From: an uncultured virus (IMG/VR IMGVR_UViG_3300027805_000013)
Taxonomy: Duplodnaviria > Heunggongvirae > Uroviricota > Caudoviricetes
DNA length: 64,000 nucleotides
Virus record (IMG/VR): IMGVR_UViG_3300027805_000013
Direction: 5' to 3' (one strand)
Positions within the stretch are counted from its first letter, which is position 1. Each line of letters begins with the position of its first letter. The notes under the pieces are model-generated. The model had not been told where the DNA came from and did no database searches. It was given only the letters and a program-made list of their open reading frames with translations. The position numbers and the translations under genes were made by a program. Positions 38,309-48,585 of this stretch are shown here, in pieces.

Positions 38309-40000
38309 ATGGCTGAAAAAGAACAAACACAAAGTGGTTTAGATCTAGCAGTTAAGACTGGTACGGCTGCTAAACCCATTATTGCCAACGAGAGTGTGTT
38401 GGCACAGATGGAGCAACTGTACAAAGACAAACTGGCTAGAAGTCAAAGTTTTTTACAAGACATGGCAGATGCCCAAGCATGGTGGTCAGGTGGCGTAGAA
38501 GGCCCATCTCGTCCATTAGCAGAGCGTGCTAGAACTCGTGCCGCTCAAGAAAAAGATTTAGAAGAATTAGCTAGAGGTATTGCCACAACCAAGGTTGGTT
38601 TGGGTCAATTACAAGAGGCTGGACAAGCAATACAACCCGGAGGAACTTCAGCACCAGTAATGGGTGGTGGTGCTCCAACGGCTGGTGGTACTACATTACC
38701 CGCTGGTTGGGCAACCATTCGTGGCGTTCCCGTTCCACCCGAAGTGGCTGCATCATACCAAGCATATTTAAGGGTTGGCGATATAACAAGAGCCAATGCA
38801 GTACTTACTGAGTATGCAAAAACTCGTGGAGCATTTCTTAATAAGCCCGAAACATTTAAACAAGAACCATTTTGGGATGAATCGCAAGGCAGAACTGTTC
38901 GGAAAATGCCTTATGAAATTCAACAAGAAACTTTGTTTGGCGGTAAACCGCCAGTGGCTGCACCTGCGCCAGTGTCAGCTACTGCCCCAGTGGCTGCACC
39001 CGCACCGTCTGCGGCATCTCAAGTGGCAGATGTGTATCGATTTGAAAATTTAAGTGCACCACAACAAGCTCGATTAAAAACTGAATTTACTAATTTGGGT
39101 TTACAGGGCACCGTTGAAGACTTGTTTAACAGATCTCCGATGGAAAAACGCAAAGCAGCTTTTGAAGCAAGTGGTGAAACATCCGTGGTTAAACCAACAC
39201 AAGCAACTACTTCAACCGCACCAGTTTCTACTGCTGAAGCTCCCGTTGCTAAACGCCGTTTTGCAAGTCCTTCGGAAGAAGAGGCGTTTAACGCTGCACA
39301 AAAAGAAGGCATGACTCAACAAGCTGGTAAAGCTGGACAAAAAGTGGGTGAGATTCGTGGTGTATTTGAAACGGCTGCTAGTGAGGCTAGGGAAAATCTA
39401 CAAAGCACTAATGTAATGCTTAACATTATTGATGAATATCCTGAAGCCATTGGTTTGGGATATAAAAATCGTGCACTAGGTGCTGTAATTGAAGGCGGTA
39501 AGTTACTATTTGGTAAAGATATTGAGCCTCTTGCCAGACGAATTGCTTTATCGCCAGAAGCCATTGAAGCGGGTAACAAGTTTGATTCTTTAGCGGAACG
39601 AAACAATCTTAAATTTAGACAAGATGTTTACAAAGGAACTGGACAAGTGTCCGACTTTGAAACTAAATTAAGTGAGCGTGCTGCTGGTCTAGCCCGTGAT
39701 AACAGCGTAGAGGCTAACCGCTTCTTTGCTGTAATCGCAGGAGAAAATTATCGCACATTAGATAAGTTGGGCAAAGCGTGGGATGATTACAAAAACACAT
39801 ATGGTGCTGGTGCAGACTTTGCTAAATTTAAACAGTCTGACATTTGGAAGAAAGCCCAAGACGAGCGTGAGAATCGTTTGAAAAAGATGTTCCCAGAAAT
39901 TGGGAGTGAAGAGCGTGGCTTTGGTCAAAAAACACCACAAGGTTTACCCAAGGATCGTTTAAATGATTTAAGAAGTCGTTACATCACAGGACCTCAATAA
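38309..40000 (+). CDS. putative ejection protein
   Basis: Start moved to ATG 38309 after AAGGA. Confidence 0.55.
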   Translation: MAEKEQTQSGLDLAVKTGTAAKPIIANESVLAQMEQLYKDKLARSQSFLQDMADAQAWWSGGVEGPSRPLAERARTRAAQEKDLEELARGIATTKVGLGQLQEAGQAIQPGGTSAPVMGGGAPTAGGTTLPAGWATIRGVPVPPEVAASYQAYLRVGDITRANAVLTEYAKTRGAFLNKPETFKQEPFWDESQGRTVRKMPYEIQQETLFGGKPPVAAPAPVSATAPVAAPAPSAASQVADVYRFENLSAPQQARLKTEFTNLGLQGTVEDLFNRSPMEKRKAAFEASGETSVVKPTQATTSTAPVSTAEAPVAKRRFASPSEEEAFNAAQKEGMTQQAGKAGQKVGEIRGVFETAASEARENLQSTNVMLNIIDEYPEAIGLGYKNRALGAVIEGGKLLFGKDIEPLARRIALSPEAIEAGNKFDSLAERNNLKFRQDVYKGTGQVSDFETKLSERAAGLARDNSVEANRFFAVIAGENYRTLDKLGKAWDDYKNTYGAGADFAKFKQSDIWKKAQDERENRLKKMFPEIGSEERGFGQKTPQGLPKDRLNDLRSRYITGPQ

Positions 40001-41322
40001 TGGCAAACATTACCGAACTGTACCAAATGCTCGACAAGGCAGACAGATTAGCTGCCACGGGCGATGCTCAAGCACAACAAGATGCTAGGGACATTGCTGC
40101 TCAAATTAAATTAGAGGAAGCTAAACAACAAAAATCGGGAGAGTTCCCAGAGTTGCTTGGTGGTGCAGCTGGCGCTACCGTTGGTGCTAGTGGACAAGTG
40201 GGTGGTAAGGTTCTTAATGTTGGTCGTAACCTAGCAAGAGCCGCAGAAAATGTTAATACATTAGCGGAACAAGCTAAGATCAATGCAACTAAACCCCCTG
40301 TGCCAACCACGGTTGGGCAGTTTCATTCTCCCCAGATGGTATCGCAATATGGCTTTGGTCCTGGTGCTATGAAAAACATTGCACACAATGTCAGCCAACA
40401 AATGGGCAACCCATTACACGCCAGCCTTGCAGAACGTCCAATACCCGGATTTCAATTAGAAGGTAACCGCATGGTGATTACACCAACCAGTATGGGTGGT
40501 ACGCCCCCCGCTGGAATGCCACCACAAGCCGCTCCATCTAGTGCGTTTTCAAATGCCGTAGATCGAGCAAAACAATTTGGTGCTCCAGCGTCTCGAGTAG
40601 GTGGTGCAGCGATGCGTGCCCTAGGACCAGTTGCTGGTGGATTTGGTGCTGGCTTTGAGGGCGCTGAAGCCTACAATCGATTTGAGCGTGGCGATCCCAT
40701 CGGTGGAACCATTAGTGGTATTGGTTCAATTGCTGGTGCAGCATCCATGTATCCTCCCGCAGCTCCCATAGGTTTGCCAATTAGTTATGGCATGATGGGG
40801 TTGAACTATTTACTAGACAAGTATCGTGGTAAACCAGAGGCTAAAAGCGTATTAGAAAAAGCCGAGGGTGGATTGGTTGGTGGCTTGTCTTCTTTACAAC
40901 CACAACAGCCGTCTGCTCTAACCGCGCAAATGGCACAACAGACTCCTCCCCAATTAGGTTTGCCTCCTGTGCATAGTTTAGACATGATGTCTTCTCCAAA
41001 CTCTGCTGGCAGTCGCCCATTCCCAGATGCATACAACCCCAACATGCGTTACGCCCCACCATTCAAAGAAGGTGGTAGCACCACGCCAGCGTGGCAACGC
41101 AAAGAAGGCAAGAGTCCATCGGGCGGTTTGAACGCTGTCGGTCGGGCATCTTACAAGCGGGAGACGGGTGGTGAATTAAAAGCCCCGCAACCTGAAGGCG
41201 GTTCACGCAAGAAGTCATTCTGTGCCCGAATGGGTGGCATGAAAAAGAAACTCACATCTAGCAAAACTGCTAACGATCCAGATTCCAGAATCAACAAAGC
41301 ACTGCGTAAATGGAAATGCTAA
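40000..41322 (+). CDS. putative ejection protein with C-terminal DUF6321-like basic domain
   Basis: TPAWQRKEGK..GGLN..RKKSFCARM..ALRKWKC. Confidence 0.6.
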   Translation: MANITELYQMLDKADRLAATGDAQAQQDARDIAAQIKLEEAKQQKSGEFPELLGGAAGATVGASGQVGGKVLNVGRNLARAAENVNTLAEQAKINATKPPVPTTVGQFHSPQMVSQYGFGPGAMKNIAHNVSQQMGNPLHASLAERPIPGFQLEGNRMVITPTSMGGTPPAGMPPQAAPSSAFSNAVDRAKQFGAPASRVGGAAMRALGPVAGGFGAGFEGAEAYNRFERGDPIGGTISGIGSIAGAASMYPPAAPIGLPISYGMMGLNYLLDKYRGKPEAKSVLEKAEGGLVGGLSSLQPQQPSALTAQMAQQTPPQLGLPPVHSLDMMSSPNSAGSRPFPDAYNPNMRYAPPFKEGGSTTPAWQRKEGKSPSGGLNAVGRASYKRETGGELKAPQPEGGSRKKSFCARMGGMKKKLTSSKTANDPDSRINKALRKWKC

Positions 41323-44300
41323 ATGCCAACACTAGAGGAAATGCGCGCAGAGATTAACCGTCTCCTGCCAGATGTTCAAACTCCACAATTTGTAAAGAAT
41401 ATTCAAACGGCATATCAAAACATGCCAGGTGCCGCCATCCCTCAAGCGGCATTGTCTTTGGGTTCTAATATCATTGGAGCACCACTTGGTGCTGCGTATG
41501 GTGTTGCACGCAACCTACTGTCCGACAAGTTCGGCACACAAGAAGGTATCCAATACGGCCAACAAGAAGCCAAGAAGGTTATGGATGCCATGCGTTACAC
41601 TCCGCCTACAAAAGCTGGGCGTGAGATTGTAGAAGGCATTGAAACACTTCCCCAAAAAATAACTGGCTCACACATGGGCTTTGGTATGTTGCCAGAGATC
41701 TGGGGCATGCCACCGCGCATTTCACCATCGGATGTGCAAGTCATGGGTGCTCGTGGCATCAACGCAGCCCGTGAGATTGGCGATATTCCAAGAGACTTCT
41801 CCGCAGCACAGTCTGGGCTTACTCGCCTAAATGCTTACAACGAGCCAACCTACGGTGCCAGAATGCAAAACGTGGCACAAGACATTGGCGATGTCATGGC
41901 ACGCCGTCAAGCCATGCGTTCAGAAGAAGGCGCTCCAGTGCTGTCTGGGTTTGGAACCTTCACCGATCTAGTTCCCGATCCCCGCATGTACGCCGTCAAA
42001 CCAAAGGGTGGCAACTGGGCAACCACTTTAGGTTCAACTGCACCATTGTCTGAGCAAGGTTTGATTGGTAAGCGTTTAGATAAAGATCAATTACAAGACA
42101 AAGAACTTGTAATTGAACGATTGTTTGAAGAACAGTTAGAAAAATACGATAAAGAAAACGGTACTCGTTTAAAAAACTACTACCTACAAAAGTATTGGGA
42201 CGAGCCTAACAAAGGTCCTACAAAATTAGATAGAATGAGTTCCTTTATTTACGACACAAATGAAGGATTTAAAGGAACCGATCAACCCCTATTGCCCACA
42301 CTGGATCGAATTCAAAAATCAATTCCCGTATTTAACCAATGGGTGATGGGACCTTATCAAAAATACATGCGTAACCAAATGGCTACAGGGCTTTCTACTG
42401 ATCCGTTACTGCAAGTCATTAATGAAGCAAACATACCATTAAGCAGATTGTTTCCTTCAAACGATGAATTAGATACTAATAAACATACCGAACAGGCAGA
42501 AGAAAAAAGACTGTTAGCAATTGAACAATTAGAAAGAAGTGGAGTGGATCCAACACAACCACAATTTCAAGATGTTGGAAGAGTAACTGCTACTACACCA
42601 GTAGGTCAACAGTATGAAAATGTGTTGGATTATGATATTGCTTTAAATACGCCGAGACAGTATGGTCCAGTCACTTTTCCTTTCGCTAGTAAATTAGATC
42701 CAAAGAGCACTGTTTATGATGTTACATATTCAAGACCACGCAGTCAGTCTGGTTTTAAAGATATAAAATCAAATGTATTGGAAGGTTTAATTTCTGGAAA
42801 ATATGATCCAGAGAAAATAAGTAATCTTGCACCAAGTGTTGTAGTGCAAGACATGATTAAAGATTATCAAAACAAATTAAAAGAGCAACAAAAAAATGAA
42901 GAATTAATAGAAACCTATCGAGTTGAACGTGCTAAACAATTACAAACCGATAGTGATTTCCCCGATGGTTCTAAGATGGTTGTATTTAATAAAGCTAGTT
43001 ACGATGCCGATCCCCAAATGTTAATTAGGGATTTTGGACAGATCACAAAAGATCTCAACCAGTGTATTGGCGCTGGCTGCCATGGTACGCGCGATTATCG
43101 TGGTCACGGCCCAGCGTTAGAACCCCATACCGGCAGACCACCTAGTGGTGCAACGGGTGAGTTATCTTACCAATCTTATTACGACATGGTAAAAGACGGT
43201 AACGGTGAAATCATTTCTTTAGTTGATCCTAATTCTAAATATCAATTTACGATTCAAGCTAAATATGATAGACGACCATTGACAAGAAACGAAGAAAAAA
43301 CAATCGCTGAAAGTTGGATACTACAACACGCCCCAGATTACTTATCTAAATTCCAAGAGTATGTTAATGATAGTGGAGATTTTTACGGAATAGGAATGGC
43401 ACTACGTGAGTATCCTGAAATTAAAGATGTCATAAAAGAAGCTCAAGTTGTGAAAAAAAATATCACGCAAATGCGTGGTGCGGATAATGGAGCAGTTGCT
43501 CCAGCGTACGAACAGCATGTTACTGATTGGTTAAATCAAAATGCAGATGTGATTAATCGTGTTTCTGATTTAGAGCAAGTCCCTGGAATAATTGATCTTA
43601 CTGATAGGTCATCTTATGTTATTGATAAATTAACTGACTACCAACCAGATTGGGATTTTGATACATTAGAAAAGTTTATTGAAACTGTAAGAAACGAAAA
43701 ATTATTGCCTCGTTTCTTTGGAGCTTATGATATAGAAAATTTAGCTAATGAGAGAAAAATTGATTTAACTGAGCCTCCACCAAGAGAATTAAGTCCATTT
43801 GAAAAAGACGCTATTTCGGATGAATTTGATCGATATATTTTAAAACAACCAGATTCATTACATGCTGACAACAATTTTAATCAAGAAGACAATTTAAATT
43901 TACTACTTGGTAATCCAATTAGATATGATTTACCAGTTGATATTCATCGTAAATTGGTAAAAATGATTTTGTCAGATAATCAAAGTTTAATTAATTCGGT
44001 TGCTGATCAACTAAGAAGTTACGTTATGAAAAATGCAGTGGCTGGGGATTTAGAGATCCCAACCCCCTTTGGATTAACAAGTTCTCAAGCTACTAACATG
44101 TTCAATATATTGAATAATTGGTATAATCGAAACCCAAGAAAAGATAGTGGAATCTGGGATGGTTTTGAAGGTGATACTCAAAAGCACCCCAACCCATTTG
44201 ACGAGGTTAAATTAAAAGAATTTTTAACCCGCCCAAGCCATGTTGATTTAATAGAACGAGATCTTAGATTATTTATTGAAAATAATATGCGCCCAAGCAT

Positions 44301-44574
44301 GTATGATACTTCTCAAGTTAATGAAGACATTCTTATCCTAATGGGTCGCCCAATGGAAGAAGCAAAAATCCCAACCGCCTTACATACAAAACTTGTTAAA
44401 GCTTTATTAAACCTAGATGAACCTCACCTTACTCGGCAAATTAGAAATTCATTAACCCGTTTGCGAAATGGCGAAAAACCAAATAACTTAACAGATGCCC
44501 AAGCCAGTAATATTTTAGAAATGCTATCTGCTTGGACAGAACGTTACCCTCTTAGAGATATTGAACCAGAATAG
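41323..44574 (+). CDS. large internal/ejection protein with PcfJ-like segment
   Basis: 1083 aa; LNQCIG...IISLVD..FTIQ...QMRG.DN. Confidence 0.5.
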   Translation: MPTLEEMRAEINRLLPDVQTPQFVKNIQTAYQNMPGAAIPQAALSLGSNIIGAPLGAAYGVARNLLSDKFGTQEGIQYGQQEAKKVMDAMRYTPPTKAGREIVEGIETLPQKITGSHMGFGMLPEIWGMPPRISPSDVQVMGARGINAAREIGDIPRDFSAAQSGLTRLNAYNEPTYGARMQNVAQDIGDVMARRQAMRSEEGAPVLSGFGTFTDLVPDPRMYAVKPKGGNWATTLGSTAPLSEQGLIGKRLDKDQLQDKELVIERLFEEQLEKYDKENGTRLKNYYLQKYWDEPNKGPTKLDRMSSFIYDTNEGFKGTDQPLLPTLDRIQKSIPVFNQWVMGPYQKYMRNQMATGLSTDPLLQVINEANIPLSRLFPSNDELDTNKHTEQAEEKRLLAIEQLERSGVDPTQPQFQDVGRVTATTPVGQQYENVLDYDIALNTPRQYGPVTFPFASKLDPKSTVYDVTYSRPRSQSGFKDIKSNVLEGLISGKYDPEKISNLAPSVVVQDMIKDYQNKLKEQQKNEELIETYRVERAKQLQTDSDFPDGSKMVVFNKASYDADPQMLIRDFGQITKDLNQCIGAGCHGTRDYRGHGPALEPHTGRPPSGATGELSYQSYYDMVKDGNGEIISLVDPNSKYQFTIQAKYDRRPLTRNEEKTIAESWILQHAPDYLSKFQEYVNDSGDFYGIGMALREYPEIKDVIKEAQVVKKNITQMRGADNGAVAPAYEQHVTDWLNQNADVINRVSDLEQVPGIIDLTDRSSYVIDKLTDYQPDWDFDTLEKFIETVRNEKLLPRFFGAYDIENLANERKIDLTEPPPRELSPFEKDAISDEFDRYILKQPDSLHADNNFNQEDNLNLLLGNPIRYDLPVDIHRKLVKMILSDNQSLINSVADQLRSYVMKNAVAGDLEIPTPFGLTSSQATNMFNILNNWYNRNPRKDSGIWDGFEGDTQKHPNPFDEVKLKEFLTRPSHVDLIERDLRLFIENNMRPSMYDTSQVNEDILILMGRPMEEAKIPTALHTKLVKALLNLDEPHLTRQIRNSLTRLRNGEKPNNLTDAQASNILEMLSAWTERYPLRDIEPE

Positions 44575-44577
44575 TAA

Positions 44578-46479
44578 TCACTTCCTGTAACGCTTGTCTA
44601 CCCACCCCTCCGCAGCTAAGGGGAAGTCTTTTGCCCATGCGGGTGCGGTTGTCATGATCTGCAACACTTGTTTTAAAACGATGTCTGCTTTGTCTTCGTA
44701 TGCTAAAAGGAGAGCCTCGTCATGAACCAAATTGATAATTTCAAAACCCTCTTTTTCAAGCAAGAGCGAACACTCGGCGAGTACATCTCTAGCCGTACCT
44801 TGAACCGCCGATTGGAAGATGCTCGATCCAATCAAGTTATTCCTACCCCATTTCCGAGTGAAGGTGTTTTGACTGCGGACGGTGATGCCGTCTCGCATTT
44901 CGCCCCATGGAGTCAACTGAGCCTCGATCTTGGGATCACGCCAACAGATGAACCGACCGCTGGGTAGTCGCATCCACAGGGCATCGTTGGCATACTTAAA
45001 CAACAGCTTGCCCAGTTCAAAGGTTTCGCTAGGGGCGTTGATTGCATCGATGCCTTTTTGTTGGCACTGATACCAACAGTTCTTTACCTTGGCGTAGGCA
45101 ACTCGGTAAGCGTTCACCGCCTCTTGACTCTGTCCCTCATCTAACTCCACTCCCATACCTTGGGCGTAGTTCATCAGCCCCTTGGCACCCTGTCCAAACA
45201 TGCACCCTAACACCGCCGACTTGGCGATCTGGCGCATGTCTTTTGTGACTTCCTCATAGGGTACTTGGTACAGTGCCGTACTGGCAAATGTTTTGTACTC
45301 ATCCAAGCCCTTTCTAAACATCTCGACCTTATCGGTTTGACCCGCAATCCATGAGGCTACTCGGTTCTCAATGGACGAGAAGTCCACATCCACAAAGACT
45401 TGCCCTCTGGGGGCTTTTATAGCACTTCTGACGAGACTTGAGAGTTCATCCATGGTACCCCCTTGCCCACCCTCTAAAACACGCTCTACGGCTGTTTTAA
45501 GGGCATCCTCGTCGATTGTTGGACGGGCTATGTTCTGTAGATTTAAACCGCCCCGAGATGCCCACCGCCCCGTACTGGCCCCGTGGTACACCAAGGTGTT
45601 GCGAATGCGCCCACCCACCTGAACATCTAGCATTTTCTCGTACTTGGCAACCGAAGTCTGGGAGCCTTGTTGTCTGAGCCGTAAAACGGCTCGAATTGGC
45701 TCAGATAAGTTAGTGTCCGCTAACTTAGCACAAACGTACTCGGCGGTCAAGTTAGCCATGTCCGCCCCCTTGGCGTTAAGCCAGCCTAACAACTTGCCTG
45801 TCTCGGTTGCTTTACACCCCGAGATGGCAAGGCTTTCCATATTAATCGATTCTTTACCCGATTCAACCGCATTAATGGCGTTCTTTAATTCGTCTGGATC
45901 GACGGGTACGCCACGCTCGTTGATCTTCTGTGTGAGTACCCACACACTTTGCTCGTGTGGTGTGAGTGGCTGTAGGTTACGCACGATGTCCATTTCGGTA
46001 CGCACGTCTTGCTTGCAGTATTCATACAACTGGTCAAGCAAAACAGGATCATCCACAAACTGCCCCTTTTTGTTGGGCTTGCACAGTTTAGTAATGAGTC
46101 GTTTGCCAACCGTATCTTTTTGTTGTGCCGTGCCAAGGAATATGGCGGCATCTTCGAGGGCTTGGGGAATGTTATTGGCGGCTGCGATTGCCATGGAGTC
46201 AGTCATCTGATCCCATTCAACATCCCAACCCAACACATATTTCATAATGTGGTATTCGAATGCGGCGTTCCATGCCTGAAATTGAATGTTCTTTAGATTG
46301 GTGGTTATCCAGAGGGGGAGTCCAAGATCTGGAGTCCACAGATGTACCTCTCCACCATTAATTGAATAAGCCATGCAAAGTACCTTTGTTGTTCGGCACT
46401 TTGCATACTTATCTAAACCGCTTGATGTGATATCAATCGTACTGCGAGTTTCAAAGTCTAAGTTAACTAACTTTTTCAT
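44578..46479 (-). CDS. polA: family A DNA polymerase
   Basis: DFET exonuclease motif, DFSSIENR, RQIAKSAVLG, VHDE. Confidence 0.95.
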   Translation of the reverse strand: MKKLVNLDFETRSTIDITSSGLDKYAKCRTTKVLCMAYSINGGEVHLWTPDLGLPLWITTNLKNIQFQAWNAAFEYHIMKYVLGWDVEWDQMTDSMAIAAANNIPQALEDAAIFLGTAQQKDTVGKRLITKLCKPNKKGQFVDDPVLLDQLYEYCKQDVRTEMDIVRNLQPLTPHEQSVWVLTQKINERGVPVDPDELKNAINAVESGKESINMESLAISGCKATETGKLLGWLNAKGADMANLTAEYVCAKLADTNLSEPIRAVLRLRQQGSQTSVAKYEKMLDVQVGGRIRNTLVYHGASTGRWASRGGLNLQNIARPTIDEDALKTAVERVLEGGQGGTMDELSSLVRSAIKAPRGQVFVDVDFSSIENRVASWIAGQTDKVEMFRKGLDEYKTFASTALYQVPYEEVTKDMRQIAKSAVLGCMFGQGAKGLMNYAQGMGVELDEGQSQEAVNAYRVAYAKVKNCWYQCQQKGIDAINAPSETFELGKLLFKYANDALWMRLPSGRFICWRDPKIEAQLTPWGEMRDGITVRSQNTFTRKWGRNNLIGSSIFQSAVQGTARDVLAECSLLLEKEGFEIINLVHDEALLLAYEDKADIVLKQVLQIMTTAPAWAKDFPLAAEGWVDKRYRK

Positions 46480-46598
46480 AAATGCTCCCAAGGCAAACCG
46501 ACGAGTCGGTGGTTAATAAAGTACAACTATATCACATTCTCCGCCACCGCCACGCTATACTAAAGTTGTATAGATTTAGCGGTGGGCACTTCCATGGA

Positions 46599-48473
46599 TC
46601 AGATCTCACAGGATCCCGCGCTACATGCTAACTGTTGCGCCCCTTCCACATTGTCTGTTACTTCTTTGAACTCGTTCCAGTTGATCGTTGGGACTTTGGC
46701 TTTGAGTTCGTTGTACTCTGCCTCGGTGCACTCTTCGTACGGGGCTTGGCGGTAGGTGCCGCCGTCGTACGGGAGGTACGAGACTCCTGAGATTTCGCTG
46801 AAGTTTTCCCAGGTCCAGGCTCCGACACTTGGCCAGTCTCTTTCTTCAACGGAAATAGTGACACTGGGTTTGTGCTCACACCAATGCCGCTGGAACGTAA
46901 GCCAGAGCTCAAGATGTTGTATAGGAGTGACATCTGATCGAGTGATTCCGGCGGGTGCTTTTTGAGGAAAGCTAAACACCACAGTTTGATCCGGTTTATA
47001 AACACATGCTTCATTTGGTATTCCTTGTTCAATTAAGAATTGGGTGAGAGGGTCTTTCTTATCTCCTCTAACTCGGCGGATGTAATACTTAGAGTGTCGA
47101 GGGTGGATTCCAGAAGCGCTATCAACGAGTTGGGAGACGGTTCCGCTTGGCTTGACGCAAGTAATCGCAGCACTCTTAGGTATTCCAAGCAATACTGCAA
47201 ATTCCTCATTGGCTCTTCGAGCCTCCTCTCGCAGTTTGGTAAGTAAGGCATTTAATTTGTCTCCTTCTGTGGTGAGCAATGGATTGTCGTAAATTCCTGT
47301 AAGCGACACTCCCAGCAGTCTCTCTTCCTCGGTGTTGCGTTGCCACACTTTGCGCAGATACGGAAACTTTGTAAAAGTGGCTTGGATTGTGCCAAGAATC
47401 GAAGCAATTCGTACTTTTCTAAGAAGCGTTTCTTCAGTGTCGTCATGTCTTACCACCGCCTCAGTGAGATTACAAAATTGGTAGGGACGTAGAATAATTT
47501 CACTACATGGATTAGTGCCAAATTCGAAGTTCGGATCACGATGTCCATATTTATCCACCGTCTTTTTTGCCGCTTCACGATTAAAGATTCCTCGCTCTCC
47601 CGAGTGAGAATTATATAAAGAGAGCCACTCCTCCATGAATTTTCCAACCGTAGGAGTCTCGCTATACACCGCACTATTGTTGGCCAGAGCTCTATGTGGA
47701 GCAGTTTCCCACCAAGGACCTGCTTTGGCATGACGAATCCTTTCATCATCAAGATCAGACAACGAGATCATTGCCGAGCGACGTACGCCACCCACAACAA
47801 CTACCTCACCAATTTTGCACATCATATCATGGCATTCTAAACTGTGCAGTTTTCTGCCTTGTGCGTGCTTAAATGTGTTGACTACAAAATTAAATAAATC
47901 AATTAGTGGTTGCGGCCCTGAAGCTCTTCCACCAAATGTTTTGAGTCTTGCTCCCGCAGGTCTAACTCCGCTGACGTCCCACTTAGGGATTTCGCCTGCG
48001 TAGAGATTTGCAATGAGTAGGCGGAGTGATTTTGCCCATCCTTCTTTGGAGTCGTGGACGACGATGGTGTGCTCGGAGTCAAATAGTTTTTCAGGCACTT
48101 CTGGCAGATTGGATATGTATTTAGCCTCCACCGAAAACCCGACTCCTGTACCGCAGAGCAATATGAACATTGCCTCATCAAACGATTTGGGGTCATCCAC
48201 CGGGAGATACGAGCAATTATAGACACAGGTGTTATCACGATCAGCACTCTTTCCTGCCGTCATCATGGCACGCATGGACGGCATCAAATCTAGGTTATGG
48301 ATAGCATCAAAAATTTCATTCTTTAATTCTACATTGTTTTGTATTGCTGGGGTGCGGCTAAAAATGTACTGGACATACCGATCTACGGTCTCTGCCCATG
48401 TTTCTCTGCGTTGTTTGTCGTCGATAAAACGAGCGTAACGGCTTGCTGCGATATATTCTTGATATTGATCCAT
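46599..48473 (-). CDS. nrdJ: class II (B12-dependent) ribonucleotide reductase
   Basis: YNCS, TNPCSEI, CNLTE, TCVKPSGT, C-terminal CxxxxC; no beta-subunit gene. Confidence 0.92.
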   Translation of the reverse strand: MDQYQEYIAASRYARFIDDKQRRETWAETVDRYVQYIFSRTPAIQNNVELKNEIFDAIHNLDLMPSMRAMMTAGKSADRDNTCVYNCSYLPVDDPKSFDEAMFILLCGTGVGFSVEAKYISNLPEVPEKLFDSEHTIVVHDSKEGWAKSLRLLIANLYAGEIPKWDVSGVRPAGARLKTFGGRASGPQPLIDLFNFVVNTFKHAQGRKLHSLECHDMMCKIGEVVVVGGVRRSAMISLSDLDDERIRHAKAGPWWETAPHRALANNSAVYSETPTVGKFMEEWLSLYNSHSGERGIFNREAAKKTVDKYGHRDPNFEFGTNPCSEIILRPYQFCNLTEAVVRHDDTEETLLRKVRIASILGTIQATFTKFPYLRKVWQRNTEEERLLGVSLTGIYDNPLLTTEGDKLNALLTKLREEARRANEEFAVLLGIPKSAAITCVKPSGTVSQLVDSASGIHPRHSKYYIRRVRGDKKDPLTQFLIEQGIPNEACVYKPDQTVVFSFPQKAPAGITRSDVTPIQHLELWLTFQRHWCEHKPSVTISVEERDWPSVGAWTWENFSEISGVSYLPYDGGTYRQAPYEECTEAEYNELKAKVPTINWNEFKEVTDNVEGAQQLACSAGSCEI

Positions 48474-48500
48474 GTGTTTTTTATTATAAGAAAGTTGTGG

Positions 48501-48530
48501 AAAAAACGCCCCACCAAACTTCGGTGGGGC
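48501..48530 (-). terminator. rho-independent terminator after the SSB gene
   Basis: GCCCCACCGAAGTTTGGTGGGGC then GTTTTTT on the minus strand. Confidence 0.8.
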
Positions 48531-48585
48531 TAACGAGGTAATACTAACAAGGAGAAGAGAGATTGAGGCTCTCTCGGGCCGTGAA

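Noticed and set aside
48474..48585. Cobalamin riboswitch or NrdR box before nrdJ
   Set aside because: The region is too short, and no B12-box or NrdR consensus is visible.
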